DNA of 64,000 nucleotides from NCBI RefSeq assembly GCF_009914755.1, contig NC_060932.1; one strand, 5' to 3'. The position numbers and the translations under genes are program-made. Each line of letters opens with the position of its first letter. Position 1 is the first letter of the stretch. This document shows, piece after piece, positions 33,001 through 46,220 of the stretch. The DNA comes from the human T2T-CHM13v2.0 reference genome, Homo sapiens. The notes beneath the pieces were generated by a model. It ran no database searches, had not been told where the DNA came from, and saw only the letters and a program-made list of their open reading frames with translations.

Positions 33001-33770
33001 ACCCCATTAAAAAGTGGACAAAAGACATGAGCAGACACTTCTCAAAAGAAGACTTACAAGCAGCCAGCAAACATGAAAAAATGCTTATCATTAATCATCA
33101 GTGAAATGCAAATCAAAACCACAGTGAGATACCATCTCACACCAGTCAGAATGGCCATTATTAAAGTCAAAAAACAACAGACGTTGGCAAGGCCACTGTA
33201 GAAAGCAATTTGGAGAGTCCTCAAAGAACCAACAATGGCCTGGGCGTGGAGGGTATAAACCCAAAGGAAAATATATTGTTCTACCAAAAAGACACATGCA
33301 CCCATGTGTTCATTGCAGCACTATACACAATAGCAAAGACATGCAATCAGCGTAGGTCCCTATCAACAGTGGAACGGATAAAGAAAATGTACATTTATGC
33401 CATGGAATGCTACCCATAAAAAAAGAACAAAATCATGTCCTTTGCAGCAATGTGGGTACAGCTGGACTCCATTATCCTATGTGAATTAATGCAGAAACAA
33501 AATTAAATACTGCATGTTCTCACTTATAAGTGGGAGCTAAACTTTGGGTACACGTGCACATAAAGATGAGAGCAGTAGACACTGGAGACTCCAGGAGTGG
33601 GGAAGGAGGAAATCGGGGCAAAGGTTGAAAAAATAACTGTTGGGTACTATGCCCACTACCTGAGTGATGGGTTCAGTTGTACCCCAAATCTCAGCATCAT
33701 GCAATATACCCTTGTAACAAACCTGCACATGTACCCCTTGAGTCTAAAATAAAAGTTGAAAAACAAACAA
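33001..33770 (+). mobile_element. 5'-truncated primate L1 (L1PA/L1PB-type) 3' end with internal deletions
   Basis: aaccccattaaaaagtggacaaaagacatgagcagacacttctcaaaagaagac...acctgcacatgtacccc...aaaataaaag; tctgctcta on both flanks. Confidence 0.9.
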
Positions 33771-33814
33771 AGCCTTTCTGCTCTATTAGGTCCTATTTTT
33801 ATTTATTTATTTTT

Positions 33815-34118
33815 ACTATTGTTATTATTTTTTGAGATAGCGTCTTGCTCTGCCGCCCAGGCTGGAGTGCAGTGGTACGATCTCGGCTCACTGTAGCCCC
33901 AGCCTCCTGGGTTCAGGCGATTCGCCTGCCTCAGCCTTCTGAGTAGCTGGGATTATAGGTGTGTGCCACCATGCCCAGCTAATTTTTGTATTTTTAGTAT
34001 AGACGAGGTTTCACCATGTTGGCCAGGCTGGTCTCGAGCTCTTGACCTCAAGTGGTTCGCCCGCCTCAGCCTGTCGAAGTGCTGGTATTACAGGTGGTTC
34101 ATGCCACCACGCCCAGCC
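33815..34118 (-). mobile_element. AluS, antisense
   Basis: Alu consensus; taggtcctatttt TSD. Confidence 0.88.
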
Positions 34119-34324
34119 TAGGTCCTATTTTTAAATTGAAAGGAAAACCTTTTTGGCTTCTTTCTCAATATAGTTATTCATAAATATTGGGAAAGGCTAT
34201 CCCTGTCAATGAAAATCTCTTTCCCATTCTTTTTCTAGATGTTTCCTGCTCAATTAGAGAAACTTAATTTTAAAAGTATTGTATCATATCTCAATTTAAT
34301 AATTTCTTTTATTTCAGGGTTTGG

Positions 34325-34457
34325 TTTTATTTTGTTTTGAAAGATACCGAGGTTTTGCTATATTGCCCAGGATAGTCTTGAACTCCTGGCCTCAAGCAAT
34401 CTTCTTGCCTCAGTGTCCTGAGCCGCTGGGATTACAAACGTGAGCCACTGCAGACAG
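34325..34457 (-). mobile_element. FLAM Alu monomer, antisense
   Basis: Single left-arm Alu. Confidence 0.7.
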
Positions 34458-35160
34458 CTAATTTTCAGTTTTTTAAAAATATAATTGCTTGAGTTTTCTA
34501 GACATTGTATTGCCAAATCATTGACAAAAAGATATTTTTCTCTTTTATTCCAATATTTTTGCCAGTTAATTCTTTTCTGTCTTACCATTTTTCCTGTAAA
34601 CTTTAAGTCAGTGTTTACTTATAAAGGATTTAGTGGGCTTCTCACTCTAATTCCTAATTTTATTCGTTTGATTTATTGTATAGGTAATAACATTCACATG
34701 GTTAAAATAATTTTTTAAAAAAGCTTCCTATGAACAGCTTCCTTCCCATTCCTCTCCGTAATCTCTGTAGTTCCTAACCCTGCATTCAAAGTAACCACTG
34801 TTATTGGATCTCTTCCACAGATTATTTTATGCATATAAAAGTGAAATTACACACATAGATACTCTCTCTATATATATTTATTGTGTGTGCATGCAATCTT
34901 AATTTTATTTGAAATGCTTTTAGTGTTTTGCTGTTTAGAATAATATTTGCCCTTCTTATGTTTTTACCAGAGTGTTTTTTTCTCTAGTCTTCTTTTCCAT
35001 AGTTTTTTGTTTAAAATGGCTAAGTTTTACTGAATGCCTTTTCAACATCTATTGATATAATCATGTAATTTCTCTGCCTTAAATTGGTTGATATATTGGA
35101 TTATGTTGATTTCCTAAAGATGGACCACTCTTGCATTTCTGCGTAAATTATAGTGGTATA

Positions 35161-35738
35161 CAATGGACCCCCCTTATCCACCGGGAATACATTCTAAGAC
35201 TCCCAGTAGATGCCTGAAACTGCAGATAGTATCAGACTCTGTGTATACTATGCACAGATTTCATTTTCCTTCTTCACAGTTTCACAGAAGATTCATTCTT
35301 CTTATAGATCTTAGTAATCTCAGCATATGATTTTTTTTTTTTAACTTAAGTTGAGAGCTTTCACCTTTTCACTGAACGGAAGCACTTTTGGCTTCTGTTT
35401 GGTGTATTGAAATTGCCAGCATCATTATTCTTGAGCTTTGGGGCCATCATTCTGTAGAATAAGTATTACTTAAACAGGGGCACTGTTAGATACCAGGACA
35501 GTCAGTGTGATAAGCTAGACAGCTAGTAAGTGAGTAAGGGTCAGGTAGGGTCTACAGTGTGGATGCCCTGAAGGAGGAGCATGAGGTTTCTAAGTTACTA
35601 AGAGTGGCTCACATTTTAAAACTTATGAATTGTTTATTTCTGGAATTTTCCACGTAATATTCTCGGACCATGGTTACTGCAGGTTACTGAAACCACAGAA
35701 AGCCAAAGTAAAACAGCAGATAAAGTGGGGGACTACTG
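35161..35738 (-). mobile_element. Tigger-family non-autonomous DNA transposon (MER44-like)
   Basis: TA|caatggaccccccttatcc ... gataaagtgggggactactg|TA gives degenerate TIRs and a TA target duplication; internal aaaacttatgaattgtttatttctggaattttcc is a MER44 motif. Confidence 0.8.
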
Positions 35739-36817
35739 TATTATTTCTCATATGTCCTACACTCTATAGTCTAATGTGAGTTTTTACTTAGATCTTTTAC
35801 ATTTAATTTTTAAGTGAAATGGTATGTTCTGTATACTACCTTTATTAGGTTTGCTGTTGAATAATTCTGGCTGCATAAAATGGATTGGAACATTTCCTGT
35901 ATTTTTCTATAGTTTAGTATTATTAGAATTATGTTTTTTAAATAGATTAAGTCTGCTGAGAACTCAGCTGATTTTGATGCCTCTTTCTATAGATTCTTAA
36001 TTACCTTTATTTTACTCTATTTGGTTTGACTAAAGAGTTTATTTTTTGGTCAATTTTGATATATTCTGTTTTACTGGGAAATCGTTTTTCTCTTTTAGGT
36101 TTTTAAATGAATTGTCATGCAGTTGCATTTATAATTTCTTAGGGTTTTTTTCCCCCAATACTATGGCTGTATTTTTCTTTTCCTTCTGAATCTTACCAGT
36201 TTTTTTCTCTCTTTTCTCTTTATTAGACTTTCTGTGTAATTATTTAATAGTCTTTCAAAGAGCCAACATTTGGACTTACTTATGCCTTCTGTAGCTTCAT
36301 TTTATATTAATTTCAAATATTATTTCTTAGTTCCATTTTTCTAGCTTATTTTGGTGTACAGTATTTTATTTTTCTATTTTTTAAGTACTATTTTTTCTTT
36401 TGACTTTTAAAAATGAGCCACCGTGCCTGGCCTGGATTTTTGTTATGAAGAACAATCCTCTTTTTTGTCACAGTGTATTGTTATGTTGGTCATAATTTCT
36501 TTTGTGGTTTCTTCTTTGATCCAAGGGTTATTTATGATTATCTTGTAGTTTATAAGTAGTTATTTTTGTACATTTTTCCCTAGATTGTTTGGATTATATA
36601 TATGAAATTAAACCTTTTGTTTTACCGTGTTTGTGATCAATTATGGTAATGGACATAGGGAAAAAAAAACTTCTTTGTTAGAAGGTTTACAAAGTATCTT
36701 TTTATCTTTAAAATTATGTTTATTGATAATATATCAAATTTCTGTTTTTTAAATTTTCTCCAACTATATTTGTTCATTCTAAAAGGTATACTGAAATAAC
36801 TCATGTTTATACTTTAA

Positions 36818-37264
<447 letters not shown>

Positions 37265-37384
37265 TCTCTTTTTCTTTTATAGGTTGCTTGTTTTCTATGG
37301 CCAGGTGCTTGAATGTGATCCAGCATCCATAAATTTATATCCCTAATGCCTTTTAATATAAAGTTTTTATTATAATGTTCTACT

Positions 37385-38068
37385 TTTTTATTGTGTTGAA
37401 ATATGCATAACATAAAATCTACCATTTTAACGTATATAGTTCAGTGGCATTAAATACATACAGTATACAGCAGTCACCACCATCCATTTCCAGAACATTT
37501 TCATCCTCACAGATTGAAACTCTGTACCCTTAAATAATAACTTCTCATTATTCCTTGCCCATTTTACCCACCATGCTACTTTCTGTCTCTGTGAATTTGA
37601 CTACTCTAGGTACCTCATGTAAATGGAATCATATAATATTTGACCTTTTGTGATTGGGTTGTTTCGCTTAGCATCATGTCTTCAAGTTTCATTCATGTTT
37701 TTGTGTCAGAGTTTCCTTCCTTTTAAAGGCTGGGACAATATTCTGTTTGTATATATATCACATTTCATTTATCCATTTATCTGCCAGTGGACATTTGGGT
37801 TATTCCCACATTTGGCTTTTGTGAATAATGCTGCTGTGAACACAGCCTGATTCCACTTCTTTTGGATAGATATCCAAAAGTGGAATCGCTGGATCATATG
37901 GTAATTCTGTATTTAGTTTTTTGAGGAACTGCCATACTGTTTTCCATAGTGGCTTCACCATTTTGCATTTCAGCCAGCAATATACAAGGATTCCATTTTC
38001 TCCACATTATTGCCACACTTGTTATTTTATGTTTATTTTTATAAATAATAGGCATTCGAATGGGTGTC
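37385..38068 (-). mobile_element. L1MB-type 3' fragment, antisense
   Basis: ctctgtgaatttgactactctaggtacctcatgtaaatggaatcata...ttgaggaactgccatactgttttccatagtggc. Confidence 0.85.
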
Positions 38069-38074
38069 ATTTTA

Positions 38075-38252
38075 TTTTGTTTTTTTTTTTTTCTTTTTTC
38101 TTTTTTTTTTTTTTGAGACAGGGACTCATCATGTTGCCCAAACTAGCCTTGAACGTGTTGCCCAAACTAGCCTTGAACTCCTGGCCTCAAGTAATCCTCC
38201 TGCCTCAACCTCCTAAGTAGCTGGGATTACAGGTGTGAGCCATTGCACTCAG
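38075..38252 (-). mobile_element. FLAM-like Alu monomer with an internal 24-bp tandem duplication
   Basis: tgttgcccaaactagccttgaac occurs twice (38132-38178). Confidence 0.75.
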
Positions 38253-39190
38253 TGTGGATGTGATCTTAATACCCATTTTTATTTAGTTCCTGATCTGTTT
38301 TTAAAATAACTTGAAAACATCTGTCAATTAGAAAAAAATAATCTGTCTCCTCTGCCAGAAGAGCTTTATGAAATTGAGAGAATTCATAACATCTTGTTTG
38401 CTTGGTCTTCTGTTTTTAGAACATTCCTTTTTTTGTAGAATATTTTAAGCCCATTTATGTCTGAAATATAACTGACATAATTCAGTGTCTTATGGTTACA
38501 TAAATTTGTATCAGTGACTTAATCTGTTTTCCTGTCTGTGAAATGAGGGTCTTTGATGATAACTTCCTAGCATGGAAGTTGTCAAAGGATCCCCTCTAGA
38601 AGGGGAGCCTGACCTTTTTTCTGTATTCATGGTGCATGCTACATGCTAAACATGCTACATGTAAACGTGCTGCATGGTTCTCATGATTACAGAATAAAGG
38701 TCAGGATCCCCTTCTAGATCATCTACTCCTCACACATACTGTGTTAAAGGCCAGCAACACAAGCCTACTAATTCCCTAAATAAATCTCATAATTTCTTTT
38801 CACTGTTCCCTCTTCCTGGAATCTTTCCTCCACTGATTCTCACCTCCCTCTACACCTTGATGTTGTGGAAGTCTTATTCTAATCCTCAAATAACAGCCAG
38901 ATTTCACTCTAAGAAATCTTCCTAGTTCTCTCTAACCTGAATTAGTTTCTGGATTGTTACTCATATAAACGTTGTATTTTTGGTCTTTTTTTTTGTATTA
39001 TATTTTTTATTTGAGAGGGGTGTGTCTATAATTTTTGTCCCTAGTCTCTATTCTCCCCACCTCCCGCCATTTAATGAACTCCTAAGCTCCTCTACTGTTG
39101 GGACCATATCTTACTCATATTTAGTTCTTGTGTCTATGCCAGGGCAAGCAGGTGCCTCATATATTTTAACTGAATTTGAGCAGGTAGTGA

Positions 39191-39464
<274 letters not shown>

Positions 39465-39992
39465 TGTTTTTAAGTCAACAAGAAAATTATCTACAACAGG
39501 AACTTCATTAGTGCTACAGTTTAGAATATACAAATATGAAAGGTTTCTAACTTTACCTTGTACATTTTGCATATATCATTAGTCATTGTTGGACACTTTG
39601 GCCATGCTTAATATAATTCAGTACTGAATATGTATTTCAATGTGAGAGTTTTTGACATCAACATTTTTAACTTTTGTCTAATTTATAATCTTAGAGTTAA
39701 TGGAAATCAGTGCCTCTATAACTATGGTTTTAACCAGCTAATAAGTTGTCTTCATGATCTTTAGCTTCTAAACAATGAATAGTAGATACCATTTTTTGTT
39801 AAGATCTGTGTCTGAATTGAAAGGGATCAAAGTGTATGGTGAATAAAGCAGTAGAATGCAAATCAGAAGATATAATATTTAACATGATTAGCTAGTGTTA
39901 ACTCTTGCTGTCCATCAGTTACATAATTAAAATTTTTATTCAGCACTTGATTAACATAAATGTTTCTCAATTTTCTATCTTTGTTCTACAGA

Positions 39993-40031
39993 ATGGTAGA
40001 TAACGCAGATCATCTCTGGAAAGGATATTGA
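39993..40031 (+). promoter_or_regulatory. Upstream ORF, 12 aa (MVDNADHLWKGY*)
   Basis: ATG GTA GAT AAC GCA GAT CAT CTC TGG AAA GGA TAT TGA read directly inside the 5'UTR exon. Confidence 0.7.
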
Positions 40032-40039
40032 TCCGCCTC

Positions 40040-40045
40040 ATGTAA
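40040..40045 (+). promoter_or_regulatory. Start-stop element (ATG TAA), 3 nt upstream of the main ATG
   Basis: cctc ATG TAA agt ATG ctt read directly. Confidence 0.7.
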
Positions 40046-40048
40046 AGT

Positions 40049-40071
40049 ATGCTTAGTTCCTTTCCAGTGGT
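40049..40071 (+). CDS. HMBOX1: HMBOX1 first coding exon, coding part (exon 39992-40071); encodes MLSSFPV(V)
   Basis: Acceptor ttttctatctttgttctacag ends at 39991. ATG CTT AGT TCC TTT CCA GTG GT is followed by the consensus donor gtaagt at 40072. The phase-2 junction joins in frame to the next exon and gives the HMBOX1 N-terminus MLSSFPVVLLETMSHY as I recall it. Confidence 0.95.
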
Positions 40072-40929
40072 GTAAGTATCAAGTCCTTTTTGATTTTTAT
40101 CTTCACAATCATTTTAGTAAAGTTAAGATGTCACTATGATTATGATCCAGATTTGACAACAGACGTTTGTAGAGTTGAAAAGCTTTTTTAGAAAATGAAT
40201 CAAATGTTATACCTATTTGACATTAAGGTGAATAAGTGTCATGATCATGTGGTGAGAAATGAATTTTTAAATCTATCAGCCTTCTCTTACCATTTCTGTT
40301 TTCAACTTTGAATTTTAACATTAATTTTAAATTGAATATAAAATTAATTATTATTTTTAACTGCTTAAAGCTTAGAAGCATCCAAGATAGATGACTAACA
40401 GTTCAAGAGAGCTAATATTAGATTCCTTGTGACAAGCAGACTACTGGAAGCATACATCTTCATGTTGCCTTTTGTGTAAAAACTCCTAGCACCTTAACCA
40501 TTTTCCTTTACCTGCTGGGGGCATGATGATGTAGTTAAGCCTATTAGCTGATGTGCTAGCCTTTCTTTGGAGTCAGGCAGAAAATACAAATTGAGATAGT
40601 GGTATTGTGTTGAGAGTGTTTTTGTGCTAGGATATGAACTATAACCACCAGTTCATATTAAATAGGCCTTTGAATAAAAGTATTCCGGGAATTTCAGATA
40701 TTAGAGAAGACAGAGTATCTATTAGCTCATTAAGTGCATCTTTAGAGTCGAATGCAGAGTGCCTTTAGCATAAGTATTTTCTAAAATTTGATGGAGTCTC
40801 CACTTTGCTTAAATTCCTTCCGTTTTGGTTGACAGTTCTATAATACAGTAAGTAAACATTAAGAGAGATTTTCCTTATTATTTAGGCTTTTCATTATAGT
40901 TCCCCCACCCCCACCCCAGTAGATTCTAT

Positions 40930-41045
40930 GATATAGTGAAAAGTTTCTGGAACAGACCTAGAAGATGTGAACTGTAGCCCGACTTTCTGCTAAGTAGCTA
41001 TATCCTTGGGAAGGCACTTCACCTCTTTGGGCCTTAGTTTCCCTC
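40930..41045. mobile_element. MIR fragment
   Basis: tagctatatccttgggaaggcacttcacctctttgggccttagtttcc MIR core. Confidence 0.65.
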
Positions 41046-44000
41046 CCCACTTTTTAAAAAAATTTATTTGCTAATGGCTATTTTCAATCTATCAGCCTTC
41101 TCTGTTACCATTTCTATTTTCAACTTTGAATTTTGACATTAATTTTAAATTGAATATAAAATTACTTATTATTTTTAACTGCTCAAAGCCTAGAAGTTTC
41201 TGAGATAGATGGCTAAGCATTCAGGAGAGTTAAGACGTCTAATGGCTATTGAAAATAGTAAGATGTCTAATAGTTACTGAAATGAATGTAAGCATCATGA
41301 AGCCATGAATTTTTGCCTGATTTGTTCCTTGTTGTGTCCTCTGTGCCTTGCACAGGATCTGTTACATAGTAGGCATTCAATAAATGTTACTTAAATGAAT
41401 GATTTTTGTCTAAGTGATCTCCAGTTTTCTCATTCCACACCTAACTTATATCTCCCTTTATAAATGTGCATGTTTGTACTTGGATTTTTGTCACATATGG
41501 TAGAAATAAGATGATCAAAGTATGATTTCATGAATCACAGTGTTTATTGCCATACAAAGAGAATTTTTTCTTGGGTTCACAGTACTTAAAGATGGGGAGA
41601 GTAACATAGACAGACTTCACAGGGAATACACTCAATAGATGAGGTACATTAACCACATTATGAATGTGTTCCAAAGCTATTAAAGTGTCTTTGCTCAATT
41701 ATGATGAAAGGAGGTCTCTGTGTTCAAGTGAAGGCTAAAGGTGGAGGTGTACCTTTACATGAGCAGTTCTTGGGAGAGGCTGGCTTGACCACCATAGCTG
41801 AGATCTGAGACCACAAGGAAGGCCCCTCAGTGCTAGAAAATGCTGGCCTGCAAGGTATAAAAGCTTTGAGGCCTGTTGCAGCCTGAGCTCTCTGGTTTTG
41901 GAGAAGCTGCTGACAGAGAGTAGCCCTGCCACAGCCTAAGCTCCCAAAGTGTCTGTTAAGCTCTTGAGTGTATATGTATTTTGAAGTCCAGTAGTTGTGA
42001 CAGTAACTCACATATGCAGTTTGACATGAGGTGACATTCCTGAGAGGATGGAGAGTTCTCTCTCTGATAAAAATATTGTGATTGACCCTAGAGTGTGTTA
42101 AATTAGCATGCAGTAAATATCATGTATGCAAAACAAAACTAACCTATTTTGCCTAGTCATTCTAGATAATAAAAATAAAGACAGCAGAATTGAGCTGAAG
42201 AAAAAGCTGTTATCCAATAAAATTTTACTGTTGGTGCTTTACAAGTAAGATAGTAATGTCCTTTTTACCTCTGTGATTTCAAGATTAATTATTTGTGAAT
42301 GCTTTAATCTTCTTTGCTCTACATGTTTGTAGAATTTAGCTTATGAAAGTATATTCTAGACCTCATGCCTTATCCAAGAAGGGTTTAGGTACATATTCAA
42401 GTCAGGATAAAATGTATTGTGAAAAGTTATTATTATGGTCTTATGGTATGATATTTTCTTAGAATATCAGTTTATGAACTGAGCCATAATTCCTGAATTT
42501 AATTGTTCTTTTATGCCTTAAACACTGTCTGTTATTACAGTGGTGAAATTCTTCTCACATCATTTTCAATTATTGTTGGCCTGAGTCTGCATTCAGATTA
42601 GTAATTTAAAGTGAAAGATGTTCCTTATCCTCTGAACAATCCTTGTGCATAAGAAAATTAATTCAATTCTTACATGTTATCTTTTTCTGTTATAAAAGAA
42701 TTGCTGGTATCATGGACTTAGATGACCTTTGTAGGTCATTTACTGCCATAAATTCGTGATTATATGCTTAAACTAGGTAAATTATGAGAAATAAAATTGT
42801 GAAATGCCGGAGTATATGCCTTTGTTTATATTAATACACATTGGAACATTATTCTCAATATCCAGGAGAGCTTCTAGACTCAGCGTTTTCTCAGTAAAAT
42901 ATTGTATCTTCAGTGTCACATGCATGCTTTGATCCTGTTTGTTATGCTCTTAATCACTTTGCTTTGTAGTGATCATATGAATGATCATTCTAGCAATTGT
43001 GGATCATTTTGCTTTAGGTTATATTTGCATTAGGAAACTCTCAGTGCAGGGCACAGACATCTAATTTGAACAAGGTGATACATAAAGGGAAATGTATTCT
43101 CTGATGAAACAAAACAGCAAGAAGAGCAGGGATATATCAGGGGCTTAGGGATTATTGGAACAAGGGATGTGAGTGCTGCAGAGCTTTCTCCATCGCTCTG
43201 TTCCACGTTTCTTGGTATGTCTGCTTCTTCCTCCCATGAACTAGCTGCTTCCATATAATGAGGAATTTACCAGACTAATATCTTCCTGCAACTGAACACA
43301 GTTATGGTGACTGTTCATCTTTCCCCTCGTCTGACTAGAAAATTATGGGGAGAGCAAGGTTTGGCTTTCTTCTGTGCTCACCCCACTGGCCAGAAGGTGG
43401 GGTATTACGAGTGATAGCCCAAGAACATGTGCTTGGAAAGAATGAGGTGTTCTAAGCAGACAAAGTAAATAGGTGGCCTATTGTTTCTCCTTTTATGACT
43501 TGGAATAAAAGTGGTTCTAATAGTCAATGAATCTGAAATGACACAAAATATTAGATTGTTTCATATGCTGTGAAATCTTTAGTTTTGACAATTCTAATTC
43601 AAGTGTTAGGATGGATACTTTTCAGTAATAAGTGAAATTCATACAATTTACTTTTGCTTTATGCTAATACAGAGTGCTGCTCCATACAAGGAATGGTTTG
43701 AAGAACTGTATATAGATAACTAACTGCTCTGATATGAATACTATAGGAAAATACTATGATTGGGGATTTTTGTCCATATAATAAAACAGTTATTGAAGTC
43801 ATCTAAAGTAAGATCACTTTATGAAATACTTTGATAACATGAAGACTGAAAATAGCAACAAACAGGTCTACTTCATTTTCAAGGGAAAATAATAATGTTT
43901 ATGTTTAATTTTTTTCATTACAAAATATTGTGGGGGAACTTAGGCCATCAAGAAAGAATATAATAATCATGAAAATAGGTCTTTTTAAAATCATGGCTAA

Positions 44001-44569
44001 CTTGTTACAAGTGAGTATTGGAAGAAATCAGACCCTAACATTTGTAGGTGTAGAGCAGATACTGTGGCCCATGGGCACAAATGGCCTGCAACATGTTTAG
44101 GTCCACAGAATGTGTGTGTTTGGTTTTGTTTTATTTTAATGAGCTTGTTTTAAAAACCAGGAAGATTTCATCTACAGTTCTAGATTTTTCCCTACTTATT
44201 TTTAAAAGGATTTGAAAGATAAAACAATCAGTGAAATGGAATAGACTATCCAAAGGTAATGCAGATTCATATGGAAATTGTGTATATGATAAAGGCAGCA
44301 TTTCACATCGGAGGAGAAGACAGATATTCAGTAAAAACATACGACATCTAGCTGTCCATTTGGGATGAAATAAAGCCCCAATTTTTTATACTTGTTAAGT
44401 CAATAAAAATTCTAGATGGAGCAAGGATTTTAAATGTAGAAAACTATTACTAGGACCCCTAGGTTCATCAGTAATTAGAATAGTTTTATCTAAATGGCTT
44501 TAAATGAGACTTAAAGGAGTAGAATAGCCTGTGTGCCAAATCATATGTTTCCAGTTAAGTCCTGCAATG

Positions 44570-44825
44570 TATTGTAAAGGAGAATGATGTGTGCTTTTGG
44601 AGTCAATAAGATCTAGGCTTAAATCTTTTTCCTACTGTTTACTCAGATTTTTTGTGAAGTACAAAACTACACTGAGCTTTAGTTTCCTCAACAATCAATC
44701 CATCAACATAAAATGAAATGAATAAAGAACATCTACCATGGGGAGTTGCTGTGAGAATTGGATGAGATTATGTTATGTGAAATTCGTACCCAGTTCCTGC
44801 CTAGAAGTGACTGTTAATAAAGTTT
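44570..44825. mobile_element. MIR
   Basis: gcttttggagtcaataagatctaggcttaaatc...gagctttagtttcctca...gttgctgtgagaattggatgag. Confidence 0.65.
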
Positions 44826-45071
44826 TCATGTAGAAGGACAAAGAAACAGTGAGACCTTCAATAGCTATAGGACACTGGCCCAGAGCAGATGTTTGTTTGA
44901 GAAAGATGAAGAAATTTCTTGACATCTGTTTCCATCTGCAAACACTTATTGAGAGCCTACTGCATGCCATGCATTATATTTGGCACTAGAACAATAAATA
45001 TCAAAATAGAAGAGATTACAACTTTAAAAAATCTTGAATGGAAAACTCAGGTCTTATAAGAAAGGAATTCA

Positions 45072-45403
<332 letters not shown>

Positions 45404-46220
45404 TTATAGTATTTGACTACTCCCTTAATATTGTTACTCACCCTAAGAAAACATTTTCTGATGTGCTGTAGTATCTTGTGCTAGTTAAAGGAAACATGTA
45501 AAAGTAATTTCCTAAGAAAAATGAATAGCATTGTTTGGCTACAACCATGAAAGATCTATTTCTCAGGGTAGCTATTAAGAGAGAATGCATTACCAGAGAT
45601 GGAAAACTTAGGAAATTGCTAAGTAGTGAATGAAATGGTGCTTATTTTTTTTTTTAATGTACCTCTGTTTTCCACTTAAGTATTTTTGCTGGTTATTAGC
45701 ATTTGCTTGGACTTAGCTTAGCTCATTTGTTCTCACTAAATGAGGTTGTAGAGAATTCCTAGGTCTGTTTAGCTAATATTTGGTAAATAATATAATACAA
45801 ACTATTTTTTTCAGTAATTTTCCATTAATACTCTAATGTAGAGTAATACACTTGAGATGGGCAAAACACTTCTGAGTTATCACGTAGCCTGGGCTTATTG
45901 CACTCCATGTACCTAATCTATTGTTCTGGTATTATTTACATAACTAAAATTTTGGTTCTGATATTTACCAAAATTGAGGAAAATGTAAATTGTATGCCAT
46001 ATGAAATTAGGTTTTATGTTACACCTATGTTCACCTACTAATACATTTAGTATCTGTACCAATCCATTTGCCATGGCACAATCATTCTAGCATGGGACAT
46101 ACCTTCATTTTCAATACAGAAGCTTATGTAGAAATATTGCATCTTCTGAGCATTCTGTATAATATGTGCTTTGGTAGATACTGTCAATAAAGAGACTTCT
46201 TTTTATCTCTTTTTTTTTAG

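Larger units (their letters stand above)
39992..40048 (+). other. HMBOX1: 5'UTR part of the HMBOX1 ATG-containing exon; contains uORFs
   Basis: Lies between the acceptor AG (39990-39991) and the ATG at 40049, with an in-frame TAA at 40043-40045. Confidence 0.85.

Noticed and set aside
38635-38676. CATG cluster as a p53 response element
   Set aside because: The cores are spaced 7 and 9 nt apart and the flanks fit RRRCWWGYYY poorly; better explained as a short tandem repeat in the hairpin loop.
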